A DNA stretch of 64,000 nucleotides from NCBI GenBank assembly GCA_902634045.1, contig CACPJE010000001.1, positions 4,319 to 68,318 of the forward strand, read 5' to 3'. A program made the position numbers and the translations under genes. The stretch's first letter is position 1; each line of letters begins with the position of its first letter. The DNA is from an uncultured Pelagibacteraceae bacterium (GTDB lineage Bacteria; Pseudomonadota; Alphaproteobacteria; Pelagibacterales; AG-422-B15). The notes beneath the pieces were generated by a model. It did not search any database. It had not been told where the DNA came from and saw nothing but the letters and a program-made list of their open reading frames with translations. This document shows positions 38,309 to 47,154 of this stretch, piece after piece.

Positions 38309-39628
38309 TTAGCAATCAATCGCATTATTTCGAGACCATTCACTTTTTTGACCTTCAGGTTGTTTATCGTATTCTTTAAGTTCCCTATTTTTGAGTTTAA
38401 TATATTTTGAGACAACACTGGATCCAAAGGCATTCTTGGCTACTTTACTTTCTTTGAAAAGTTTTAGAGCTTTATCTAGGGTTTTAGGGAGTTTTTTAAC
38501 TCTTTTTAGCTTATGGCCTTGAGTGTACATATTGATATCCAATCTTTTTCCAGGAGATCTCTTATTATTTATTCCATCCAATCCAAGACCAAGCATTCCT
38601 GCTTGAAGTAGATAAGGATTTGCCGAACCATCAGCGTGTCTTACTTCAAATCTTCCTGCATCAGGAATTCTAACCATATGAGTACGATTGTTTCCTGTGT
38701 ATGTAACAGTACTCGGAGACCATGTTGCGCCAGAGAGAGTATTTGATGCATCAATTCGACCAAAACTATTTAGTGAAGGATTAAACCAAGCAGAAAAACA
38801 ATCTGCTGACTTCATAATCCCTCCAATAAAAGAATAACCTAATTTAGATAATCCAAGTTCTCCATTCTCATCTAAAAATAAATTTTTCTTTTTTTTCTGA
38901 TCCCAAATTGAAACATGAACATGGCAACCATTTCCTGTTAGGTCTGGAAAAGGTTTTGGCATGAAAGTTGCTCGCAGACCATGTTTTTCAGCAATTGATT
39001 TAACCATGAATTTAAAGAAGACGTGTCGATCGGCGGTAGTCAGGCAATCAGCATAATTCCAATTCATTTCAAATTGACCATTTGCATCTTCATGATCATT
39101 TTGATATGGCTTCCATCCTAACTTTAACATTGAGTCACATATTTCTTTAATCACGTCATATCTGCGCATTAAAGTTGATTGGTCATAGCATGGTTTCGCA
39201 GCTGTATCGCGTTTATCATCAACTTCAGTTCCATCCTCACTTAATAAGAAAAACTCACATTCAACACCAGTTTGCATGACCATATTTTTTTCATTCAGTT
39301 TCTCTATCTGTCGCTTAAGAACTACTCTTGGACATTGTTCAACAATCTTGCCATCCATTACTAGATCACTTGCTAGCCAACCTACTTCTGGTTGCCAAGG
39401 TAATTGAATAAGGCTTTTTGGATCAGGCATTGCAAGCATATCTGAGTCAGCAGGTGACATATCTAAGTATGTTGCGAAACCGGCAAAACCAGCTCCATTT
39501 TTCTGCATCTCTGCTATTGCTTGAGTTGGAACAAGCTTTGCTCTTAAAACTCCAAATAAGTCTACAAAACTAATTAAAAAATATTTAATTTTTTTTTGTG
39601 ATGCGACTTTTGATAAATTGATACTCAT
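38309..39628 (-). CDS. Glutamine synthetase-like enzyme (type III/GlnT-like); candidate gamma-glutamylmethylamide or gamma-glutamyl-polyamine synthetase
   Basis: 439 aa with a GS catalytic-domain motif (GNGCHVHVSIW) and a GS beta-grasp N-terminus. The context is a methylated-amine island. Confidence 0.85.
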   Translation of the reverse strand: MSINLSKVASQKKIKYFLISFVDLFGVLRAKLVPTQAIAEMQKNGAGFAGFATYLDMSPADSDMLAMPDPKSLIQLPWQPEVGWLASDLVMDGKIVEQCPRVVLKRQIEKLNEKNMVMQTGVECEFFLLSEDGTEVDDKRDTAAKPCYDQSTLMRRYDVIKEICDSMLKLGWKPYQNDHEDANGQFEMNWNYADCLTTADRHVFFKFMVKSIAEKHGLRATFMPKPFPDLTGNGCHVHVSIWDQKKKKNLFLDENGELGLSKLGYSFIGGIMKSADCFSAWFNPSLNSFGRIDASNTLSGATWSPSTVTYTGNNRTHMVRIPDAGRFEVRHADGSANPYLLQAGMLGLGLDGINNKRSPGKRLDINMYTQGHKLKRVKKLPKTLDKALKLFKESKVAKNAFGSSVVSKYIKLKNRELKEYDKQPEGQKSEWSRNNAIDC

Positions 39629-39681
39629 AGTAAAATAAATTATGCTTCCTCAATTTAAAAAAAACAATATATAAATTATCT

Positions 39682-40704
39682 ATGGCTAAAATTCGCAAAT
39701 CTACACCATATCAAGATGGCTTTATAATGCCTGGACGCTTTGAAAGACATAGAGGTTCATTAATTTCATGGCCGACAAAAGGCGAAAAAGAACCAGAACT
39801 ATTCAGAGATGAGATAGTTGAAGTAGTAAAAAAAATGGCTAAATACGAAGAAACATTTTTAGTTGCAGACCATAGTGATGTAGAGGAAGCAAAACATCGT
39901 TGCGGTATTTCGGCAAAAATTATTGCTGCAGATACTGAGTTTGCTTGGATAAGAGATAATGGACCCATGTTTGTAAAAAACACTAAAGGCGAAATCGCTG
40001 CAGTTAAATTTCAATTTAATGGATGGGGAGATAAGTATCCAACTTATGAAAGGGTAGGGAGTGTTCCAAATACTATTGCAGAATATTTTAATGTTCCTTT
40101 ATATGAAGCACCTTTTATTCTTGAGGGTGGAGCTATTTGTGTTGATGGAGAAGGTACATTAATTGCAACGGAGCAAACGTTGTTAAATCAGAATCGCAAT
40201 CCTTCTATGAGCAAAGATGATATAGAGAAAGGATTAAAAGACTATTTAGGAATTGAAAAAGTTATTTGGTTATACAAAGGTTTTTATGAAGATACTGAAA
40301 CTGATGGTCACGTGGACAATGTGATTGAATTTATTACTCCAGGAAAAGTTATTGTGCAGACTTGCTCAGACAATGAAAATCCTAATTTTGATATTCTTAA
40401 AGAAAATTTATCTCGCTTGAAATCAGCAACAGATGCAAGGGGTAGAAAATTGGAAATAGTTGAGTTTGATTATCTTCCTTATACTCGTTCAATTGATGGT
40501 GTTAAGTATCCTACTCCTTATCCAAACTATTATGTTATGAATGGTGCAATAATAGTTCCACAAGTAGGTTGGAAAGGCGAGCTTCAAGCGGTCACAGAGT
40601 TGCAAAGAATATTTCCTAAATTAGATGTTGTAGAGGCTCCTAGTACTTATCAAGCTGTTGGTGGCGGTGGATTAGGCTGTATGACACAACAAATCCCAGA
40701 ATAA
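39682..40704 (+). CDS. aguA: Agmatine deiminase-family (PAD_porph) enzyme
   Basis: 340 aa with WIRDNGP, FNGWG, EGGAICVDGEGT, TDGHVDN and the C-terminal catalytic-Cys motif GGGGLGCMTQQ. Confidence 0.82.
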   Translation: MAKIRKSTPYQDGFIMPGRFERHRGSLISWPTKGEKEPELFRDEIVEVVKKMAKYEETFLVADHSDVEEAKHRCGISAKIIAADTEFAWIRDNGPMFVKNTKGEIAAVKFQFNGWGDKYPTYERVGSVPNTIAEYFNVPLYEAPFILEGGAICVDGEGTLIATEQTLLNQNRNPSMSKDDIEKGLKDYLGIEKVIWLYKGFYEDTETDGHVDNVIEFITPGKVIVQTCSDNENPNFDILKENLSRLKSATDARGRKLEIVEFDYLPYTRSIDGVKYPTPYPNYYVMNGAIIVPQVGWKGELQAVTELQRIFPKLDVVEAPSTYQAVGGGGLGCMTQQIPE

Positions 40705-40727
40705 TTAGATTTATCAAGGCACTTATT

Positions 40728-41510
40728 ATGTACAAGTATTTATTGTGGATTTTAAAAATAGGAACCTTAATTAATATATATTTCCTATTACAAACAATAA
40801 TTTCACCAATTTCAAATGTAGATTCCTTCCTTCTTATTCCTGCACAAATTTTATTTTTGGTTTCCGCTTATAGGTGTATGTTTCCTGTAAACTACTCTTC
40901 ACACGCTGTTTTACACAATAATGTATTTTCATCAGTATTTATAACAAGGTTTCTTGTAACTTTTGTTGAAATTTCATACATCTTTATGTTTAGTCATGTC
41001 ATTAGAATAATTAATAATCATGAAATTTTAATTGTAGATATTTTTAGTTGGTTAATGGTTATACAAGTTAGTATTTCTCAAATTTTTGTTTGGTGTGCAA
41101 TATTAACAAAGAATGAAAATTTATATTTTTACGAGGAGATAGGATGGTTCAATATTTTTTTATTAAATTTCGTATGCAGTGTAATTATTTTATTAAGCTT
41201 TATTGATTTTAATAATCTTGAAATTTTACTTTATTTGAACTTACTTTTTGGAATAGGTTACTTGCCGTGGCAAATATTTCATCTTAAATCAATTAAAACT
41301 AGAATAAATAAGCTAAAAAATGATAGTTCAGGAAATTATGTAAGAACAACACTACTTGTAGGTTTTAAAAGTTCTCTTAAAAGAAGAGTTGTTAGTCATA
41401 ATCCTGAAGATTGGGGAGGAATAATTGGATTTACTTGGATGTTAAATTATTTCGTTACACTTATACCGGTATGGGTTTATTTTATTCTTTACACTTTTTC
41501 AGTAAATTAG
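40728..41510 (+). CDS. Polytopic membrane protein, unknown function
   Basis: 260 aa with about 6-7 hydrophobic helices and no motif I recognise. Markedly more AT-rich than its neighbours. Confidence 0.6.
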   Translation: MYKYLLWILKIGTLINIYFLLQTIISPISNVDSFLLIPAQILFLVSAYRCMFPVNYSSHAVLHNNVFSSVFITRFLVTFVEISYIFMFSHVIRIINNHEILIVDIFSWLMVIQVSISQIFVWCAILTKNENLYFYEEIGWFNIFLLNFVCSVIILLSFIDFNNLEILLYLNLLFGIGYLPWQIFHLKSIKTRINKLKNDSSGNYVRTTLLVGFKSSLKRRVVSHNPEDWGGIIGFTWMLNYFVTLIPVWVYFILYTFSVN

Positions 41511-41512
41511 TT

Positions 41513-42100
41513 TTATTCTCCTGAATAACCATATTCAAGAGCCGCATCAGTAATTGCGTGGTGAAAGGACTCACCGAAACTTCTCAAGGCCATTAGATTA
41601 TATGTTAAAGGACTGTCATCTATCATATCAACTGAAATTGTAATTCCATGATATACTGAATTCACGCAGTTATCTTTCTTAAAGTCATTAAAGTTAAAAG
41701 GACATCCTTTTTTAAGGACGTTTAAAGCATCCTCACCTTTTATTTGAATTATTGCCCTTGAGTGTGAGATATCTGTTACTGCGAAGTCCTCATTATTAAA
41801 GGTATTTTCTATAATAGGAGAAATATTATTATCATTTGAAAAGATAATCCATGAACGCGGAGCGAACCATTGTATTCTTGTTTGCCCAGCAACTGATACT
41901 TCTGCTGCATTAGAAGGTAAATTAATTGATCCAAGTTGGATATTACTAGTTACAACAGATGACTTTTTATATTGAACAACTTGATAAATATTTACATTAG
42001 TAATTTCTCTGATTTCTAACAGATTACCTTCATTTTTTTCTTGATAATCGCCAAACAGACCTTTGTTATGAGCGTTTTGAAGAGGAGAAATTCTACTCAT
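41513..42100 (-). CDS. soxG: Sarcosine oxidase-type gamma subunit
   Basis: 195 aa. ATGA overlap with the soxA stop. Size and operon position match SoxG. Confidence 0.75.
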   Translation of the reverse strand: MSRISPLQNAHNKGLFGDYQEKNEGNLLEIREITNVNIYQVVQYKKSSVVTSNIQLGSINLPSNAAEVSVAGQTRIQWFAPRSWIIFSNDNNISPIIENTFNNEDFAVTDISHSRAIIQIKGEDALNVLKKGCPFNFNDFKKDNCVNSVYHGITISVDMIDDSPLTYNLMALRSFGESFHHAITDAALEYGYSGE

Positions 42101-45093
42101 GACCTTACCCTTTCTCCATCGGGATCCACATAGTGCTGACTAACAACCTCAACAGGAATACTCATATTTTTTACAGGAGATACTGCAAATAATTTTTCTC
42201 CTTTTCTATTTTTACCATTTTTTATAATTGCTAATGAAAAAGGATTATTGTGCTCAACACTCCAGCAAGAAGCAGATACATGACCTAATTTTGGAATAGG
42301 AAATTCTGCATTTGGATTTTCTACAATATACGATCCTTCAGGGATTGAAGTTTTTTTATCAACTGGAACAATTCCGACAATTCTTTCTCTATTTTCATCA
42401 TTAAAAGCTACTCTATTTAAAGATCTTTTTCCGATGAAATCTTTTTTCTTACTTAGCATTCCATCAAGTCCCAAATCACTTGCAATTAATCTTCCATCGA
42501 TTTCTGAACCTGCTACATGCCCCATCTCAATTCGCAGCGTAGATAATGCTTCTGTCCCATATGGTTGAATGCCTAATCCTTCCCCAGCTTCAATAATTTT
42601 ATCCCACATAAATTCTCCAAAGTCTGACATTACATTGACTTCGTATGCAAGTTCTCCAGAAAAAGAAATTCTAAATATTCGAGCAGTTGTATCAAAGAAT
42701 TTAAATTCTCTATAACCCATAAATGGAAGACCTTCGTTAGATAGATCTTCATTTGGAAATAATTTACTTAAAAGCTTTCTTGAGTTTGGACCAGCTACTG
42801 CTGCTCCTGCCCATTGTTCTGTTGTAGAAAAAACATTAACTTCAAGTTCAGGCCATACTATTTGTAGATAGTATTCTAAGTGAGAGAGTACATTAGCTGC
42901 TTGGGCTGTTGTAGTTGTCATGTGAAAATGATTTTCATTAATTCGAGTTGTTGTTCCATCATCAAATACCATCCCATCTTCACGTAACATTACTCCGTAT
43001 CGGGCTTTACCTACTGGGAGTTTTAGCCAGGCATTTGTGTAAACTCTGTTTAAAAATTCTGCTGAATCTGGACCTTTAATATCGATTTTACCTAATGACG
43101 TTACATCACAGATACCAACATTTTTTCTTACGTTTGAAGCCTCTCTTTTTGCCGCTTCTTGTAACGTTTCATTGCCTTGTTTGTAATAACGTGGTCTCAA
43201 CCATAACCCTGCATCTACAAACACCGCATTGTTTCTTTCATGCCATTCGTGCATTGGAGATTTTCTAGTTGCTTTATAATATTTACTTACTTCACGACCA
43301 ATAATTGTTCCAATAGTCACAGATGTGTATGGTGGTCGAAAAGTAGTGTGTCCAACTTCAGGGACGATTTTCTTTTCAATATTTGATACGAGTTGTAATC
43401 CATTTAAATTGCTTGTTTTACCCTGATCTGTTGCCATACCAAGAGTTGTGTACCGCTTAACGTGTTCAATTGATCTAAATCCTTCTCTGACAGCAAGTTC
43501 AATATCTGATACTGCTACATCATTCTGAAAGTCGACAAATCTTTTATAATGTTTTCCTTCAGGTAAAGGCATGCACCAAAACTTATCATGATTACCTAAG
43601 TTTTTTTCATCAGATATAGGAGCATCAGTTTTAATATTTTTATTGGTAATTTTATTAGAGCTTTTGAAGCCTTGTTCGAATCCATCGTTTAATGACTCCA
43701 TTAGAGTGAAAGACCCATTAGCAGCTCCAATAACTACTTCCTGTTGTCGAGATTGATTTGGAAGGAAAGTATCTGAATCTGAATCAAACTTTAATTTATT
43801 CCCTGACTGTGAAGCAAGATGGACTGTAGGAGTCCAATTTCCTGAAACACATATACAATCGCAATCAATTTTTTGAAGACTGGTGAATGAATTTTTATTT
43901 TTATTTAATTTTCCAACTGTCGCTGATTTAACTTTGAGATGTCCAGTTGTATTTGCTATTCCGTGTTCAAACAATATATCTATACCCATCTTTTGAGCTT
44001 CACCTACAATTTGATTTTCTGAAGAGGGTCTGGTGTCTAAGATAGTAGATTGGATGCCATTCTTTTTAAATTCAATAGCAGCTTCATATGCACTATCATT
44101 ATTTGTAAAAAAGATAGGTTTTTTGCCCACTGCAACTCCATAAACTTTTAAATATTCTTTTGCAGCTGAGGCCAGTAGTATTCCAGGCCTGTCGTTATTA
44201 GAGAAGACAAGTGGACGTTCTATTGAACCAGTTGAAATAATTACTTCTTTAGCCCGTATGTACCAAAGTTTTTCTCTTGGAGTAAAGTTTTTAGGGTCTT
44301 GAAGATGATCTCTTTTTCTTTCAAACATCACCAACATATTATGATCATAATATCCAAAAACTTGTGACCTACTTTTTGTAATAACATTTGGCATCGATTT
44401 TAATTCAGCAATAACATCGTCAACCCATTCCTCCCCTTTTTTATTTCCAATTGTAACTTCATCAGTCAATAGACTTCCACCAAATCGAGGCTTATCCTCT
44501 GCAAGTATTACTCTTGCGCCATTTTTTGCTGCCGCCAGTGTGCTTGAAAGTCCTGATGGACCTGAGCCAACAACAAGAACATCACAGTGTTCATATTGAT
44601 GCTCATATCTGTCTGGGTCCGGATCTAAAGATGCCACTCCAAATCCTGCTGCTTTTCTAATGAAAGGTTCATAGATTCTATACCAAAAACTTTTTGGCCA
44701 CATAAAAGTTTTGTAATAAAAACCCGCAGGAAAAAATCTATTCAATAAGTTATTTATTTCGCCAATATCAAGTTTCACGGACGGCCAACAATTTTGACTT
44801 TTAAGCTCAAGACCTTCAACCAATTCATATTCTGTAAGATTAACATTTGGTTCAGAATAACCTTCTTTGATTAATTGAACTTTAGCACTTGGATCATCTA
44901 CTCCAGCACCAAAAATTCCTCTAGGTCGATGATACTTAAAACTTCTAGCAATTAAGTGAACTCCGTTAGCTATAAGAGCTGAAGCTAGAGTATCTCCTTT
45001 GTATCCAAAATATTTTTTGCCATTAAATATAAAAGAAATTTTATGATTTTTATCAATAAGCCCAATATTTTTTAATCTATAATTTTGAGTCAT
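42097..45093 (-). CDS. soxA: Sarcosine oxidase-type alpha subunit
   Basis: 998 aa. Dinucleotide-binding site VVGSGPSGLS and a C-terminal GcvT-like folate-binding domain. Confidence 0.9.
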   Translation of the reverse strand: MTQNYRLKNIGLIDKNHKISFIFNGKKYFGYKGDTLASALIANGVHLIARSFKYHRPRGIFGAGVDDPSAKVQLIKEGYSEPNVNLTEYELVEGLELKSQNCWPSVKLDIGEINNLLNRFFPAGFYYKTFMWPKSFWYRIYEPFIRKAAGFGVASLDPDPDRYEHQYEHCDVLVVGSGPSGLSSTLAAAKNGARVILAEDKPRFGGSLLTDEVTIGNKKGEEWVDDVIAELKSMPNVITKSRSQVFGYYDHNMLVMFERKRDHLQDPKNFTPREKLWYIRAKEVIISTGSIERPLVFSNNDRPGILLASAAKEYLKVYGVAVGKKPIFFTNNDSAYEAAIEFKKNGIQSTILDTRPSSENQIVGEAQKMGIDILFEHGIANTTGHLKVKSATVGKLNKNKNSFTSLQKIDCDCICVSGNWTPTVHLASQSGNKLKFDSDSDTFLPNQSRQQEVVIGAANGSFTLMESLNDGFEQGFKSSNKITNKNIKTDAPISDEKNLGNHDKFWCMPLPEGKHYKRFVDFQNDVAVSDIELAVREGFRSIEHVKRYTTLGMATDQGKTSNLNGLQLVSNIEKKIVPEVGHTTFRPPYTSVTIGTIIGREVSKYYKATRKSPMHEWHERNNAVFVDAGLWLRPRYYKQGNETLQEAAKREASNVRKNVGICDVTSLGKIDIKGPDSAEFLNRVYTNAWLKLPVGKARYGVMLREDGMVFDDGTTTRINENHFHMTTTTAQAANVLSHLEYYLQIVWPELEVNVFSTTEQWAGAAVAGPNSRKLLSKLFPNEDLSNEGLPFMGYREFKFFDTTARIFRISFSGELAYEVNVMSDFGEFMWDKIIEAGEGLGIQPYGTEALSTLRIEMGHVAGSEIDGRLIASDLGLDGMLSKKKDFIGKRSLNRVAFNDENRERIVGIVPVDKKTSIPEGSYIVENPNAEFPIPKLGHVSASCWSVEHNNPFSLAIIKNGKNRKGEKLFAVSPVKNMSIPVEVVSQHYVDPDGERVRS

Positions 45094-45368
45094 GAGTGTT
45101 CTTCTTTGTTACTGCTGAGCTCATAAGTTTCTATAATTTCATGAGTTGCAGTATTTCTCTTAGCTTTAAACCATTGTCTACAGCCTGAAATATGTTGCCA
45201 TAGCTCTAAATGGTCTCCTCGTGGATTCTTTCTGTAATAAACAAATGTATCCCATTCTTCATCAGAAACTTCAGTATTTAGCTTTGGTCGTTTTATGGTT
45301 GCGTCTCCTCCATAGGCAAATTCATTTTGTGATCGTTTACCGCAATAAGGACATTTAATTTCAAGCAT
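45090..45368 (-). CDS. soxD: Sarcosine oxidase-type delta subunit
   Basis: 92 aa with an N-terminal CPYCG zinc-ribbon-like motif, located between soxB and soxA. Confidence 0.88.
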   Translation of the reverse strand: MLEIKCPYCGKRSQNEFAYGGDATIKRPKLNTEVSDEEWDTFVYYRKNPRGDHLELWQHISGCRQWFKAKRNTATHEIIETYELSSNKEEHS

Positions 45369-45370
45369 AA

Positions 45371-46627
45371 TTAGCTAATCCAAGTTTTTGTTCCTATACC
45401 CTTTTCATCTATGAGGTGTCCAGTATTAAACCTATCAAGCCTAAAAGGAGCATTTAATTCATGAACTTCATCTTTAGCAATTGTATGAGCGAAGGTTAGA
45501 CCTGAAACCGGAGTGGCTTTAAATCCACCGTAACACCAACCACAGTTTAAATATAATCCATCTATATGAGTTTTATCTATAATTGGAGAGGTATCCATAG
45601 ACATATCCATTATTCCACCCCAGGTTCTTAGCATCTTAAGACGACTTAAATTTGGAAAGAGTGCAACTCCTTCAGTTAATACATGCTGAATAGTCGGAAG
45701 ATTTCCTCTCTGAGCGTAACTGTTATAACCATCAAGATCTCCACCCATCACCATCTCACCTTTATCAGATTGACTGCAATAGAAATGACCTGCACCAAAT
45801 GTTACAACTTGATCCAGAAGAGGTTTAATAGGTTCTGATACGCAAGCCTGTAAGACATGTGCTTCAATAGGTAAAGTCATATTAAGTTTTTCAGCAAGTA
45901 ATGATGTACTTCCAGCAACACATAGACCAATTTTTTTTGCTTTTATATTTCCTCGAGAAGTTTGAACTCCTTTTATCTTTCCGTTACTAACATCAAATCC
46001 AGTAACCTCACAATTTTGAATAATATCTATACCATGATCGTCAGCTCCTCTTGCGTATCCCCAAGCTACAGCATCGTGTCTTGCGGTTCCACCTGATGAC
46101 TGAAATAATCCTCCAAAGATTGGAAAACGACAGTTTGAGGAAAAATCTGCAAATGGAATCATTTTTTTAACATCTTCTCTATTTAATAATTTTGCATCGA
46201 TACCATTTAGCCGCATAGAATTTCCTCTTCTTGAGTAGGTATTCATTTGTGCATCAGAATGCGCAAGATTTAAAATTCCTCGAGGAGAGTACATCACATT
46301 ATAATTTAACTCCTGACTTAGATCCCTCCACATCTGCATTCCTTTTTCGTAGAAAAGATTATTTGCGTTATGCATATAATTTGAACGAAGGATTGTTGTA
46401 TTTCTTCCAACGTTTCCTCCACCAATCCATCCCTTTTCAAGAATTGCAACATTTCGGATATTAAAATTTTTGGCAAGATAATATGCGGTAGCTAAACCAT
46501 GTCCACCACCACCAATAATAATTACTTCATATTCTTTTTTTGGCTCAGGATCTCTCCATGCAACATCCCAATTTTGATGATAAGAAAAAGCATTATTGAT
46601 CAGACTAAAGACTGAGTATTTTTTCAT
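45371..46627 (-). CDS. soxB: Sarcosine oxidase-type beta subunit
   Basis: 418 aa with FAD site IIIGGGGHGLATAYYLA. First gene of the BDAG order. Confidence 0.9.
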   Translation of the reverse strand: MKKYSVFSLINNAFSYHQNWDVAWRDPEPKKEYEVIIIGGGGHGLATAYYLAKNFNIRNVAILEKGWIGGGNVGRNTTILRSNYMHNANNLFYEKGMQMWRDLSQELNYNVMYSPRGILNLAHSDAQMNTYSRRGNSMRLNGIDAKLLNREDVKKMIPFADFSSNCRFPIFGGLFQSSGGTARHDAVAWGYARGADDHGIDIIQNCEVTGFDVSNGKIKGVQTSRGNIKAKKIGLCVAGSTSLLAEKLNMTLPIEAHVLQACVSEPIKPLLDQVVTFGAGHFYCSQSDKGEMVMGGDLDGYNSYAQRGNLPTIQHVLTEGVALFPNLSRLKMLRTWGGIMDMSMDTSPIIDKTHIDGLYLNCGWCYGGFKATPVSGLTFAHTIAKDEVHELNAPFRLDRFNTGHLIDEKGIGTKTWIS

Positions 46628-46743
46628 ATATATTTAATATGTTTAATAATTATTAATTTTAGATAAGCATTTCAAATGGTTTATTTAAAATATTTTAATT
46701 TAGAAATAAAAAAAATATATAAAAAGGATATATTTTTATCGGC

Positions 46744-47091
46744 TTAGGTGCTTATGTTTTTTAAAGTAGCCAGATATTCTGTAAATTCTTTAATGAATAG
46801 CTCACTCGGTTTGATATGTTTCCTACGTTTATCAGCGTCTGTTTTTTCCAGGTAAAAAAATCCTCTTTCACAAGCTTCTGTGATGATCATTGAAGATTTA
46901 GGTCTTGATGTATTAAATAGCTTTGTTTTCAATTCTTCAACTGACAGTGTTGTTTGATTGTAGTAAGCAGACATTACTAATAGCATCATATGATAATGTG
47001 ATGGAGTCTTACGAAAGAAAAAATTACTTGAACGATGAGATTTTCTCATCTGGTCTTCCCAAAATTGAAGTAGTAGATTTACTGAATCCAT
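46744..47091 (-). CDS. Small putative winged-helix (MarR-like) DNA-binding protein
   Basis: 115 aa. The segment LSVEELKTKL...SSMIITEACERGFFYLEKTDADKRRKHIKPS looks like an HTH plus a basic wing. Lies between the orphan flavoprotein and soxB on the same strand. Confidence 0.45.
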   Translation of the reverse strand: MDSVNLLLQFWEDQMRKSHRSSNFFFRKTPSHYHMMLLVMSAYYNQTTLSVEELKTKLFNTSRPKSSMIITEACERGFFYLEKTDADKRRKHIKPSELFIKEFTEYLATLKNIST

Positions 47092-47154
47092 CGCAAAACT
47101 CTACTACAATTACAGCTAGCTTCGAAATAATTTTTTTACTTATTTTTTAGTATA

